A stretch of DNA of 40,961 nt, from positions 1 through 40,961 of the forward strand of contig CAZPOY010000002.1 of NCBI GenBank assembly GCA_964588345.1, in the 5' to 3' direction. Every line of letters starts with the position of its first letter. The first letter of the stretch is position 1. A model generated the notes under the pieces. It saw only the letters and a list, made by a program, of their open reading frames with translations. It was not told the origin of the DNA and did not search any database. This document shows positions 27,669-34,666 of the stretch, one piece after another. The DNA comes from an uncultured Thermoplasmata archaeon (GTDB lineage: Archaea; Thermoplasmatota; Thermoplasmata; CAZPOY01). Both the position numbers and the translations under genes were made by a program.

Positions 27669-28670
27669 ATGACGGGGCGTATTCCGGACCATCCCATCAT
27701 CAAACAAGACGACGGGCACAAGGTCGCTTTTTTCTGGAACGGAGAGAAGATGAAAGGGGTCCAGGGAGAGATGCTTTCTTCGGCCCTAATTGCAAACGGC
27801 GTTCTTACGTTCAACGAACATCCCAAGGACGGTGCGCCCCAAGGCATTTTCTGCGCCAATGGCCAGTGCTCGCAATGCATGGTCCTTTTGAACGGGAAGC
27901 CGGTCAAATCGTGCATGGTCCCATTGGAAGAGGGCGCCAGGGTTAAACCCGTCAAAGGGCTCCCCAAGTTGCCCACCGACGATGGCGATGTTAATACGAC
28001 TTATCTGGATACGGACGAAAGGACCGTGCTGGTCATAGGCGGAGGGCCCGCGGGGCTTTCTGCATGCATTGAACTGGGGAAACTGGGCATCGACGTCCTT
28101 CTTGTTGATGACAAAGACCGGCTTGGTGGAAAACTCGTTCTCCAGACCCACAAGTTCTTCGGTTCCGTTGAGGACTCATACGCGGGAACCCGGGGTTTTG
28201 AAATCGGCCACATTCTTGAAAGAAAGGTCAAAGAACTTGACTCGGTGAACGTTTGGCTCAACAGCACCGTGGTTGCCGTTTTTGCCGATGGAAAGGTGGG
28301 CATCGTCAAGGATGATGAATACCGATTGGTGCGTCCAAAGAAGCTTCTGGTGGCCACCGGAGCCCGGGAGAAGATGCTATCATTTCCTGGAAACACCCTT
28401 CCGGGCGTATATGGAGCAGGCGCATTCCAGACCCTCGTCAATCGTGACCTAGTAAAATGCTCCGAAAGGATATTTATCGTAGGTGGGGGAAACGTCGGGC
28501 TCATCGCCGGTTATCATGCCATCCAGGCCGGCATAGAGGTCGTTGGACTGGTTGAAGCGCTGCCCATGGTGGGTGGATACCGCGTTCACGCAGACAAACT
28601 CATGAGGTTGGGCGTTCCAATATACACCCGGCACACCGTTTCCTCGGTTACCGGGAACGGCAAAACCTAA
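27669..28670 (+). CDS. [2Fe-2S] domain fused to the N-terminal two-thirds of an FAD/NAD(P) pyridine-nucleotide-disulfide-type oxidoreductase; ends at an in-frame TAA
   Basis: CANGQCSQCMVLLNGKPVKSC is a SoxA/HcnA-like 2Fe-2S motif. VLVIGGGPAGLSA is the FAD fold and IFIVGGGNVGLIAG is the NAD fold. The ORF stops inside the NAD-domain beta-meander (VTGNGKT*). Confidence 0.75.
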   Translation: MTGRIPDHPIIKQDDGHKVAFFWNGEKMKGVQGEMLSSALIANGVLTFNEHPKDGAPQGIFCANGQCSQCMVLLNGKPVKSCMVPLEEGARVKPVKGLPKLPTDDGDVNTTYLDTDERTVLVIGGGPAGLSACIELGKLGIDVLLVDDKDRLGGKLVLQTHKFFGSVEDSYAGTRGFEIGHILERKVKELDSVNVWLNSTVVAVFADGKVGIVKDDEYRLVRPKKLLVATGAREKMLSFPGNTLPGVYGAGAFQTLVNRDLVKCSERIFIVGGGNVGLIAGYHAIQAGIEVVGLVEALPMVGGYRVHADKLMRLGVPIYTRHTVSSVTGNGKT

Positions 28671-28673
28671 AAG

Positions 28674-29738
28674 GTGACGATAGCCCAACTAGACGACGAC
28701 TGGAAGAAGGTCCCTGGGACCGAAAAAACATTCGATGTCGATACCGTTCTCATTGCCGTGGGGCTTGCCGAAGTGGATGAGTTTTACAACAAAGCAAAGT
28801 CGTTTAATTATGACGTTTATAAAGCCGGAGATGCCCAAGAGATTGCCGAGGCGTCGGCTGCGATGTTCTCAGGAAAGATAGAAGGGACCAAAATTGCCCG
28901 GTCTTTGGGTTTTTCCGACCTGGAGATACCCCAAGAATGGGACGACAAGTTGAGAATCCTGAAAGCCAAGCCGGGCCCAGTAACAGAAGCAAAGAACGTC
29001 GATTTAGAAAAAGGCGTTTTTCCGATATTCCACTGCAAGCAGGAAGTTCCTTGCAATCCATGCACGTCGGTCTGCCCGGTAGATGCCATTAAAACGGTGG
29101 ACGACAAAATAACGGGGCTGCCTTACATAGTTGATGAAGAGAAGTGCATCGGCTGCATGAGTTGCGTGGCCGTTTGCCCGGGACTGGCGGTGACGCTTGT
29201 CGATTACAGAAAAGACCCGGAAAACCCCACGGTGACCTTTGCATACGAAGTTTGGCGCGACCAAGTGACGGAAGGAAAGGAAGTCCCCGTTCTTGGAGAA
29301 AACGGTGAGAACCTCGGTCGATTCAAGGTCAAAAAATCATTTCAGAATCCAAAATACCCCGGAACCTATCTCGTGAGCATCGAGATGCCGAAGAAATTCG
29401 CCAAGGACGCCGCCGGCATATGGTTACAGGAGGCCGACGTGGAACCTTCGGAGATATACGAAAAAGAACCTTTGCCCGACTCAGCGATAATCTGCCGGTG
29501 CGAGAGGATAACCGCAGGCGAGATACGTCAGGCCATAAGGGACGGCGTCAGGGACATGAACCAATTGAAGGCGAAAACCAGGGCCATGATGGGTGCATGC
29601 GGAGGCAAGACCTGCCGGCTGATGATATGGCGCATATTCATGGAAGAAGGCGTTGAGTTTGAAGAGGTAACCGAAAGGGTCGACAGACCGCTTTTCGTTG
29701 AAGTTCCCCTGGGCCATTTTGCGGGGGTGAAGAAATGA
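28674..29738 (+). CDS. Continuation of the oxidoreductase fold, then a 2x[4Fe-4S] ferredoxin domain and a BFD-like [2Fe-2S] domain
   Basis: It is in the same frame as 27669..28670 and two codons after the TAA. KVTIAQLDD...FDVDTVLIAVGL...YKAGDA completes the pyr_redox fold. The iron-sulfur motifs are CNPCTSVCPVDAI, CIGCMSCVAVCPGLA, and CRCERITAGEI...ACGGKTC. Confidence 0.75.
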   Translation: MTIAQLDDDWKKVPGTEKTFDVDTVLIAVGLAEVDEFYNKAKSFNYDVYKAGDAQEIAEASAAMFSGKIEGTKIARSLGFSDLEIPQEWDDKLRILKAKPGPVTEAKNVDLEKGVFPIFHCKQEVPCNPCTSVCPVDAIKTVDDKITGLPYIVDEEKCIGCMSCVAVCPGLAVTLVDYRKDPENPTVTFAYEVWRDQVTEGKEVPVLGENGENLGRFKVKKSFQNPKYPGTYLVSIEMPKKFAKDAAGIWLQEADVEPSEIYEKEPLPDSAIICRCERITAGEIRQAIRDGVRDMNQLKAKTRAMMGACGGKTCRLMIWRIFMEEGVEFEEVTERVDRPLFVEVPLGHFAGVKK

Positions 29739-30886
29739 GCCGATACGACGTCATAATCGTAGGTGCGGGTTCTGTGGGGGTGCCTACGGCACTTTCTCTT
29801 TCAGAATTGGGCATCAAAACACTCGTCATAGATGAACGGGCTTCTCCAGGCCAGGGTGAGAACAAGCACGCCATCGGAGGCATCAGGGCCACGCATTCAG
29901 ACCCGCCCAAAATCATCACTTGCAAGCGTTCCATCGAAGTATTTTCCTCTTGGGAAGAGAAGTATGGCGACGACATCGAATGGCTCACGGGAGGATACTG
30001 TTTCCCCGTGTATCGTGAGGCCGAAGAAAAGGCGCTAAAAGGAATTCTCCCCATGCAGAAAGAATTTGGCCTTAACATCGACTATTACAATGCGGATTAC
30101 ATTGCAGGGAAGGTCCCTGGCATCAATCAGCAAGACCTCAGGGGCGGCACGTTCTCTCCAGAAGACGGTAGCGCTTCTCCCCTTCTTGCAATTAACGCCT
30201 TCGCCCGGCGAGCAGAAGAACTGGGATGCGACTTCCGTTACAAGGAGAAGGTCACAAAGATTCACGTCCAAAACGGACACGTGGAAGGCGTTTCCACCGA
30301 TGCAGGAAAATACGAAGCGGACGTTGTCATTGATGCTGCCGGAGCGTATTCCAAGGAACTGTGCCAAACGGCAGGGGTTGACGTTGACGTTCAGCCCGAT
30401 TCGCATGAAGCAGGGATTACCGAACCCGTTGAGATGTTCTCTCCGGCCATGGTCGTTGACATAAGACCGGGCCCCGGTTCAAAAAATTACTATTTCTACC
30501 AGAACAAGCACGGTCAAGTCGTTTTCTGCATAACACCGGACCCGCCGATTGTTGGAACGGATAAGAACGAAACCTCCGTATTTCTTCCACAGGTGAGCCA
30601 GAGAATGCTCGACATCATGCCCCGATTGAAGAACATCCGTGTTCGAAGGGTGTGGCGTGGTCTTTACCCCATGTCACCTGACGGGTCACCCATAGTCGGC
30701 TGGAACAAGGACGTTCAGGGCCTTCTGCATAATACGGGCATGTGCGGACAAGGGTTCATGCTGGGCCCAGGCGTCGGCGAAGTCGTTGCTCGGCTTGTAG
30801 CGGACGAATCGACCAGGGAAGACAAGATAATCCTGGAAGGATGGTCACCCGATAGGGATTTTGTTGGGGAAGAGGTGTTGAAGTGA
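29735..30886 (+). CDS. FAD-dependent amino-acid/amine oxidoreductase (DAO family; SoxB/HcnC/proline dehydrogenase beta-like)
   Basis: YDVIIVGAGSVGVPTALSLSELGIKTLVIDE is a dinucleotide-binding fold, and the size and C-terminal GMCGQGFMLGPGVG fit the family. Its ATG overlaps the upstream stop (ATGA at 29735-29738). Confidence 0.8.
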   Translation: MSRYDVIIVGAGSVGVPTALSLSELGIKTLVIDERASPGQGENKHAIGGIRATHSDPPKIITCKRSIEVFSSWEEKYGDDIEWLTGGYCFPVYREAEEKALKGILPMQKEFGLNIDYYNADYIAGKVPGINQQDLRGGTFSPEDGSASPLLAINAFARRAEELGCDFRYKEKVTKIHVQNGHVEGVSTDAGKYEADVVIDAAGAYSKELCQTAGVDVDVQPDSHEAGITEPVEMFSPAMVVDIRPGPGSKNYYFYQNKHGQVVFCITPDPPIVGTDKNETSVFLPQVSQRMLDIMPRLKNIRVRRVWRGLYPMSPDGSPIVGWNKDVQGLLHNTGMCGQGFMLGPGVGEVVARLVADESTREDKIILEGWSPDRDFVGEEVLK

Positions 30887-30962
30887 TTGACAGAGCTCTG
30901 CCAATATACAACGAATTTTCAACAACCCTTTTAAACGCCATCTCTCTTTTCTTTCCGATACC

Positions 30963-31793
30963 ATGATTGAAATCGGTGGTTACTCAATGAATGACCCGCT
31001 CCCTTACATCGGAATATCGATTTTGCGGATTGGGGTTGGTCTTCTCGCCTTGCTCATCGGCATCATCATAGTCCAGATACTCGGGATGCTGATTCAAAAT
31101 TCCTTGACAAGAACGAAGATGTCAAAACTTCAAGCGAAGTTCTTCGCTCGCATTATCAAGATTTTCCTGTATGTGTTTGCCGTTGGACTTGCCCTTGGGC
31201 TCGTGGGGCTTAACGTCGGGGCTGCTTTGGTGAGTCTCTCCGTGGTCATGGGCTTTGTCCTCGGATTCGCCCTGAGCGATACCCTTTCCAACGTGGCATC
31301 GGGATTCATGATTGCCATAACCAAGCCCTTCTCAGACGGCGATTGGGTGGAAATAGCCGGCAATGAAGGCACCGTCAAAACCGTGCGCATCAGCAATACC
31401 GAGATTGATACTGGGGACAACAAGCGCATAATCTTTCCCAACAAGGAAGTCTGGGGGAACCCGATAACCAATTACAACGCCAATGATACGCGCCGGGTGG
31501 ACCTGGAGATGGGCGTGGGCTACGCTGACAAATTGGACGACGTCATCAAAGTTACCATGGACATTGTAAAATCCCACGAAAAGGTCCTTGACAAGCCGGA
31601 CCCGCTTGTGGCTGTTCATACTCTTGGAGACAATGCCGTGATCCTTCGGGTTCGCCCCTGGGTGAAAACATCGGATTACTGGGCCGTTTATTACGACCTG
31701 ACCAAGAAACTCAAGCAAGAATACGATGCAAAGGGATTCGACATACCTTATCCTCACATGGATGTCACACTGCTGAATCAGCCGCAGGATTGA
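30963..31793 (+). CDS. Small-conductance mechanosensitive channel (MscS family)
   Basis: Three N-terminal helices are followed by SNVASGFMIAITKPFSDGDWVEIAGNEGTVKTVRISNTEI...NKEVWGNPITNY, the MscS TM3/beta-domain signature. ATG 30987 is an alternative start. Confidence 0.85.
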   Translation: MIEIGGYSMNDPLPYIGISILRIGVGLLALLIGIIIVQILGMLIQNSLTRTKMSKLQAKFFARIIKIFLYVFAVGLALGLVGLNVGAALVSLSVVMGFVLGFALSDTLSNVASGFMIAITKPFSDGDWVEIAGNEGTVKTVRISNTEIDTGDNKRIIFPNKEVWGNPITNYNANDTRRVDLEMGVGYADKLDDVIKVTMDIVKSHEKVLDKPDPLVAVHTLGDNAVILRVRPWVKTSDYWAVYYDLTKKLKQEYDAKGFDIPYPHMDVTLLNQPQD

Positions 31794-31848
31794 ACGTTGA
31801 GGCATTCGACACCGACACAGACATTAACCAGAATGTAGATTATGCGTT

Positions 31849-32286
31849 GTGGCCGATGAAGAAGACCTCAAAAAGGAAATCCGGGAGCTCAACGATAGGA
31901 TAGGTCAGCTTGAGAACATGATTGGGACCATGATGAAGCCCATGAAGAGCATGCAGTCCAGCACGGCGAAATACGTTCGCCTTGTGAATCTTGCCATGGA
32001 ACACGGAGGGCTTACGCCGGACATGGTCTATCCCGAAATCAAGGATTCCATTTCCAAGGAGATAGTCAACGTCTTGATGAAGGACAACGGCCAGAACATT
32101 TCTCAAATTGCAGACAATCTGAGGGAGGAGAGGGGGTCGGCATCCAGGAGAACCGTGCGCAACAAACTGAAGGAACTCGAAGACAAGGGCATTGTTGAAA
32201 AGAGGGGCGACGGAAAAGTTAAGAAATACTACTTGACCCAGAAAGTGCTCGAAAAGTGGTCACGATTGCTCGGCATCAATATATGA
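31849..32286 (+). CDS. Winged-helix transcriptional regulator with an N-terminal coiled-coil-like segment
   Basis: GQNISQIADNLREERGSASRRTVRNKLKELEDKGIVEKRGDGKVKKYYLT fits the wHTH pattern. The start is GTG. Confidence 0.55.
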   Translation: MADEEDLKKEIRELNDRIGQLENMIGTMMKPMKSMQSSTAKYVRLVNLAMEHGGLTPDMVYPEIKDSISKEIVNVLMKDNGQNISQIADNLREERGSASRRTVRNKLKELEDKGIVEKRGDGKVKKYYLTQKVLEKWSRLLGINI

Positions 32287-32319
32287 TTTGCTCGACCATA
32301 TAGATATTAGGTGAAAAAA

Positions 32320-32508
32320 ATGGAACACCCGATGCCTGAAAAGCCAGGAAAAAACGACCTGCCCGACCCACAGCAGATAGGAGAGTTGCTGGACGTGGTG
32401 ACCGAAAAGTTGCCTCGCCTCCTCGAAGTGATATCCGAATGCTCGGAAAGTGGGCAGAAGTGCTCGATATCGATAAATGAATTGCACACCCATATAGATA
32501 ATAGGTGA
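32320..32508 (+). CDS. Small protein, a truncated paralogue of the next gene
   Basis: An AGGTGA SD precedes ATG 32320. The N-terminal segment KNDLPDPQQIGELLDVVTEKLPRLLEVIS parallels GNDDLPDPEQIGEILDVVSQKVPHLLREIS of the downstream gene, then the two diverge. The stop lies inside the next gene's SD. Confidence 0.4.
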   Translation: MEHPMPEKPGKNDLPDPQQIGELLDVVTEKLPRLLEVISECSESGQKCSISINELHTHIDNR

Positions 32509-32513
32509 TGAAA

Positions 32514-32834
32514 ATGAACCACCACGAAAAAAAGAAACATGGAAATGACGACCTGCCAGACCCCGAACAGATAGGCGAAATTCTGGACGTAGTGTCCCAG
32601 AAAGTCCCGCATCTACTGAGGGAGATATCCGACATCCTCTATGGAGAAGGGAGCGCAAAGAAGTACGCCGGGTCCGTGGCCACCTTTTACAAGGAACTCA
32701 AGGCCTCGGGAATGACGGATGCGGAAGCGTTTGCCCTTACCCAGCAATACATGTCGGCCCTCAATGTCGGAAAGACCATGGGAGATTTCGGAGGAAGCTT
32801 CGGTAGCGTCAATGTAAACCAGGATGACGAATAG
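32514..32834 (+). CDS. Small conserved-looking protein of unknown function
   Basis: An AGGTGA SD lies 6-7 nt before ATG 32514; the track start is GTG 32505. The protein contains FYKELKASGMTDAEAFALTQQYM. Confidence 0.5.
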   Translation: MNHHEKKKHGNDDLPDPEQIGEILDVVSQKVPHLLREISDILYGEGSAKKYAGSVATFYKELKASGMTDAEAFALTQQYMSALNVGKTMGDFGGSFGSVNVNQDDE

Positions 32835-32845
32835 GGAGGTTTACT

Positions 32846-33073
32846 ATGGGCAACGGAGGCCTGCTGAGAGGGCTCAAGTTCATGGGAATCGTCCCGAAAT
32901 CCCTTCCCCTTGCAGTCAAGATGGGAGGAAGCATCGTCAAGCTCAAGCTCGCATCAAGGAAAGCTTCCAAAACCTTCAAAAAGGAGCTGGAAAAGCAAGG
33001 GCTTGACTACGAAACGGCTGAAGCCCTGGCCGACATCTACAAGAAGGGTGCGGACCTGGATTTCGGGGACTGA
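32846..33073 (+). CDS. Small protein sharing a C-terminal motif with 32514..32834
   Basis: A GGGAGG sequence lies upstream. FKKELEKQGLDYETAEALADIYK parallels FYKELKASGMTDAEAFALTQQYM in the preceding gene. Confidence 0.45.
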   Translation: MGNGGLLRGLKFMGIVPKSLPLAVKMGGSIVKLKLASRKASKTFKKELEKQGLDYETAEALADIYKKGADLDFGD

Positions 33074-33345
33074 ATTTTTTCTTTTGATTTTCTTCATTTT
33101 ATATTTTTTCCGATTCGAATTTTTCCATTTTTCATTGTTATTGGGTGGGTATAAGCACATCGAAGAATGGTGGACGGTAGGTTGGCGGGAAATATATCAC
33201 TAATTTTTTTATTTCCATTAAGCACCCATGTGAAAGCGCATCAATCATGCAATTAGTGGGGGAGGAAACCAACGATCCCTAGTTGGCCTTTAGTCGATTC
33301 AAATGAATGAAAGAATAAATAGCGTACAATCGAATTACTCTTTGA

Positions 33346-33663
33346 ATGCCCTACTATGTTTATGTGATAGAACTGGACCTTTCTGTAACGGAATCAAAGA
33401 AATTCATGCGCAGGAACAAAAAAATGAAGAAAGGGAAAAAGTGCTTTTATGTGGGGCAAAGCGCCAAGAAGCCAAAAGAGAGATTTAATCAACATTTGAC
33501 TGGTTACAAGTCTAATTATTTCGCAAGAGAATACGGAATGAAATTAAGGAAATGGTGGGTATGGCGGATTAACCCATTAAAAACACGTAAAGAAGCAGAA
33601 AAGGAAGAGAAAAAGCTTGCTAAGAAATTGAAGAACAAGGGTTATGGTGTTTGGTGGGGATGA
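33346..33663 (+). CDS. GIY-YIG nuclease-domain protein (stand-alone, 105 aa)
   Basis: YYVYVIEL (GIY-like) ... CFYVGQS (YIG-like) ... RFNQH ... a conserved Glu within KEAEKEEKKL. It sits in AT-rich surroundings. Confidence 0.6.
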   Translation: MPYYVYVIELDLSVTESKKFMRRNKKMKKGKKCFYVGQSAKKPKERFNQHLTGYKSNYFAREYGMKLRKWWVWRINPLKTRKEAEKEEKKLAKKLKNKGYGVWWG

Positions 33664-33736
33664 GAAAATCCGTTCACTCAGTTTTTCCAATCATAAATAT
33701 TATATCTCCCTCCAACTTCTCAACCCTTGCACAATC

Positions 33737-33931
33737 GGAGAGGTAACAGAGCCCGGTCATGTGGGGGACTTCAACCCAAAAAAATTGGGTCTCACTCAAC
33801 CTTCCCCTGCGGAGAAGGATTCGTTGCAGACGGAAGTTTCCGGCTGATATCCTCATACAGGAGTTCAAACCACGCCCAATCCTACGGATTTGGCTTGCTC
33901 GCGAATAAATACGCTCGTCTCCTCCTCTCCA
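33737..33931 (+). tRNA. tRNA-like gene, interrupted copy: three blocks identical to the downstream copy, separated by 55-nt and 48-nt inserts
   Basis: Blocks 33737-33770, 33826-33869 and 33918-33931 are 34/34, 44/44 and 14/14 identical to 33976-34067. The inserts are 33771-33825 (right after U33 of the anticodon loop) and 33870-33917 (inside the T-loop, TTCAAA|T). An ATAAATATTATAT TATA-like box lies upstream. Confidence 0.5.
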
Positions 33932-33975
33932 ACAACAAAAAGATTAAGATTAACCTTCCAATTCACAAGCAAAAA

Positions 33976-34067
33976 GGAGAGGTAACAGAGCCCGGTCATG
34001 TGGGGGACTGCAGACGGAAGTTTCCGGCTGATATCCTCATACAGGAGTTCAAATCTCCTCCTCTCCA
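33976..34067 (+). tRNA. tRNA-like gene with 26 nt in place of the 7-nt anticodon loop; anticodon GCA (Cys) if a 19-nt intron is removed at position 37/38
   Basis: Manual fold: acceptor GGAGAGG/CCTCTCC; U8; D-arm ACA-G-AGCCCGGTC-A-TGT; anticodon stem GGGGA/TCCTC; variable loop ATAC; T-arm AGGAG-TTCAAAT-CTCCT; discriminator A. An oligo-T tract follows at 34068-34073. The A73 and the absence of a clean bulge-helix-bulge keep the identity uncertain. Confidence 0.6.
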
Positions 34068-34080
34068 TTTTTTCATATTT

Positions 34081-34290
34081 TTAGAGAAAAAATGACAGAG
34101 GATTAGACGGGAAAACGACGTTTTCCCTTACTCCTCCTCTCCAGAATAATGTAGTTATTTTATTAGAAAAAATGACAGAGGCATCAACGGGAAAACGGGG
34201 TTTTCCCTTACTCCTCCTCTCCAAGAATGACACATTGGAATTGTTTTTAGAAAAAATGAATGAGGATTCGTTGAGGATTTCGCAGAAATC
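34081..34290 (+). repeat. Three tandem units of about 83 bp (starts 34081, 34163, 34247). The first two end in the tRNA 3' 13-mer CTCCTCCTCTCCA preceded by a conserved 8-bp hairpin
   Basis: Each unit begins TTAGA(G)AAAAAATGA. The hairpins are GGGAAAAC-GAC-GTTTTCCC (34109-34127) and GGGAAAAC-GGG-GTTTTCCC (34189-34207). The 13-mer occurs at 34131-34143 and 34211-34223 and is identical to 33919-33931 and 34055-34067. The third unit has diverged but carries AGGATTCGTTG, which is also found at 33816-33826. Confidence 0.8.
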
Positions 34291-34327
34291 ATCGACGAAA
34301 CTAATCTTTGATTGGTTCCAACCCAAT

Positions 34328-34479
34328 CTTGACATGTCAAGCTTAGGTTTCACCCCAAATTTGACAAGCAAATCTGGTTTTTACTCAACTTTGCCATGCT
34401 TCTTTTTTATGATATGTCAAAGTTGCGTTTCACTCGACTTTGACAGAAATACCCTAATAAATGTCAAAGTCGCGTTCCA
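34328..34479. promoter_or_regulatory. Cluster of TGTCAA/TTGACA-based sites (palindrome, inverted repeat, direct repeat)
   Basis: There is a perfect 14-nt palindrome CTTGACATGTCAAG at 34328-34341 and a TTGACA at 34361-34366. ATGTCAAAGTTGCGTTTCA (34414-34432) and ATGTCAAAGTCGCGTTCCA (34461-34479) match 17/19. TGTCAAAGT and ACTTTGACA form a 9-bp inverted repeat within 34415-34445. Confidence 0.6.
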
Positions 34480-34534
34480 AACTGAAAATTTCGTTCTTAC
34501 ACAACCTATGATGTCCCTGAACATCACGATTTTT

Positions 34535-34666
34535 TTACTTTGTATCTTTTTTATCATTACCCTCTTTCAGCCACTTTGCATACATCTCAATGAATTTTAG
34601 ACGCTCTTGGAAATTCTTTTTCTTTTGAGCGTCAAGTTCCTCAAGGTCCACTTTTGGAAATGTCAT
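34535..34666 (-). CDS. Mini-ORF (43 aa), hypothetical
   Basis: My own translation gives MTFPKVDLEELDAQKKKNFQERLKFIEMYAKWLKEGNDKKDTK. It is translationally coupled (TAAATG) to the preceding mini-ORF. Confidence 0.3.
   Translation of the reverse strand: MTFPKVDLEELDAQKKKNFQERLKFIEMYAKWLKEGNDKKDTK

Noticed and set aside
28668-28670. Stop-codon reassignment (an alternative genetic code) as the explanation for the in-frame TAA here and the TGA at 40939.
   Set aside because: TAA and TGA clearly terminate well-conserved genes in this same window at their expected ends: thermosome TAA, truA TAA, TrmJ-like TGA, radical SAM TGA and the cupin TGA. A global reassignment is therefore not supported.
33768-33776. 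Reading CU-UCA-A after the anticodon stem of the upstream tRNA-like copy as a UCA anticodon, meaning tRNA-Sec or an opal suppressor.
   Set aside because: The acceptor and T stems are 7/5 bp, not the 9/4 geometry of archaeal tRNA-Sec. There is no long D-stem or variable arm. No 3' stem strand follows a 7-nt loop at that position.
34081-34290. The 83-bp tandem units interpreted as a CRISPR array.
   Set aside because: There are only two to three units. The conserved part is longer than the variable part and includes a tRNA-derived 13-mer. No cas genes and no regular repeat-spacer alternation are present.
34172-34600. A 142-aa plus-strand track ORF, and the minus-strand ORFs 34081..34371 and 34155..34340.
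   Set aside because: They read straight through the tandem repeat units and the iteron-like cluster. The translations are low-complexity, so they are most likely non-coding.
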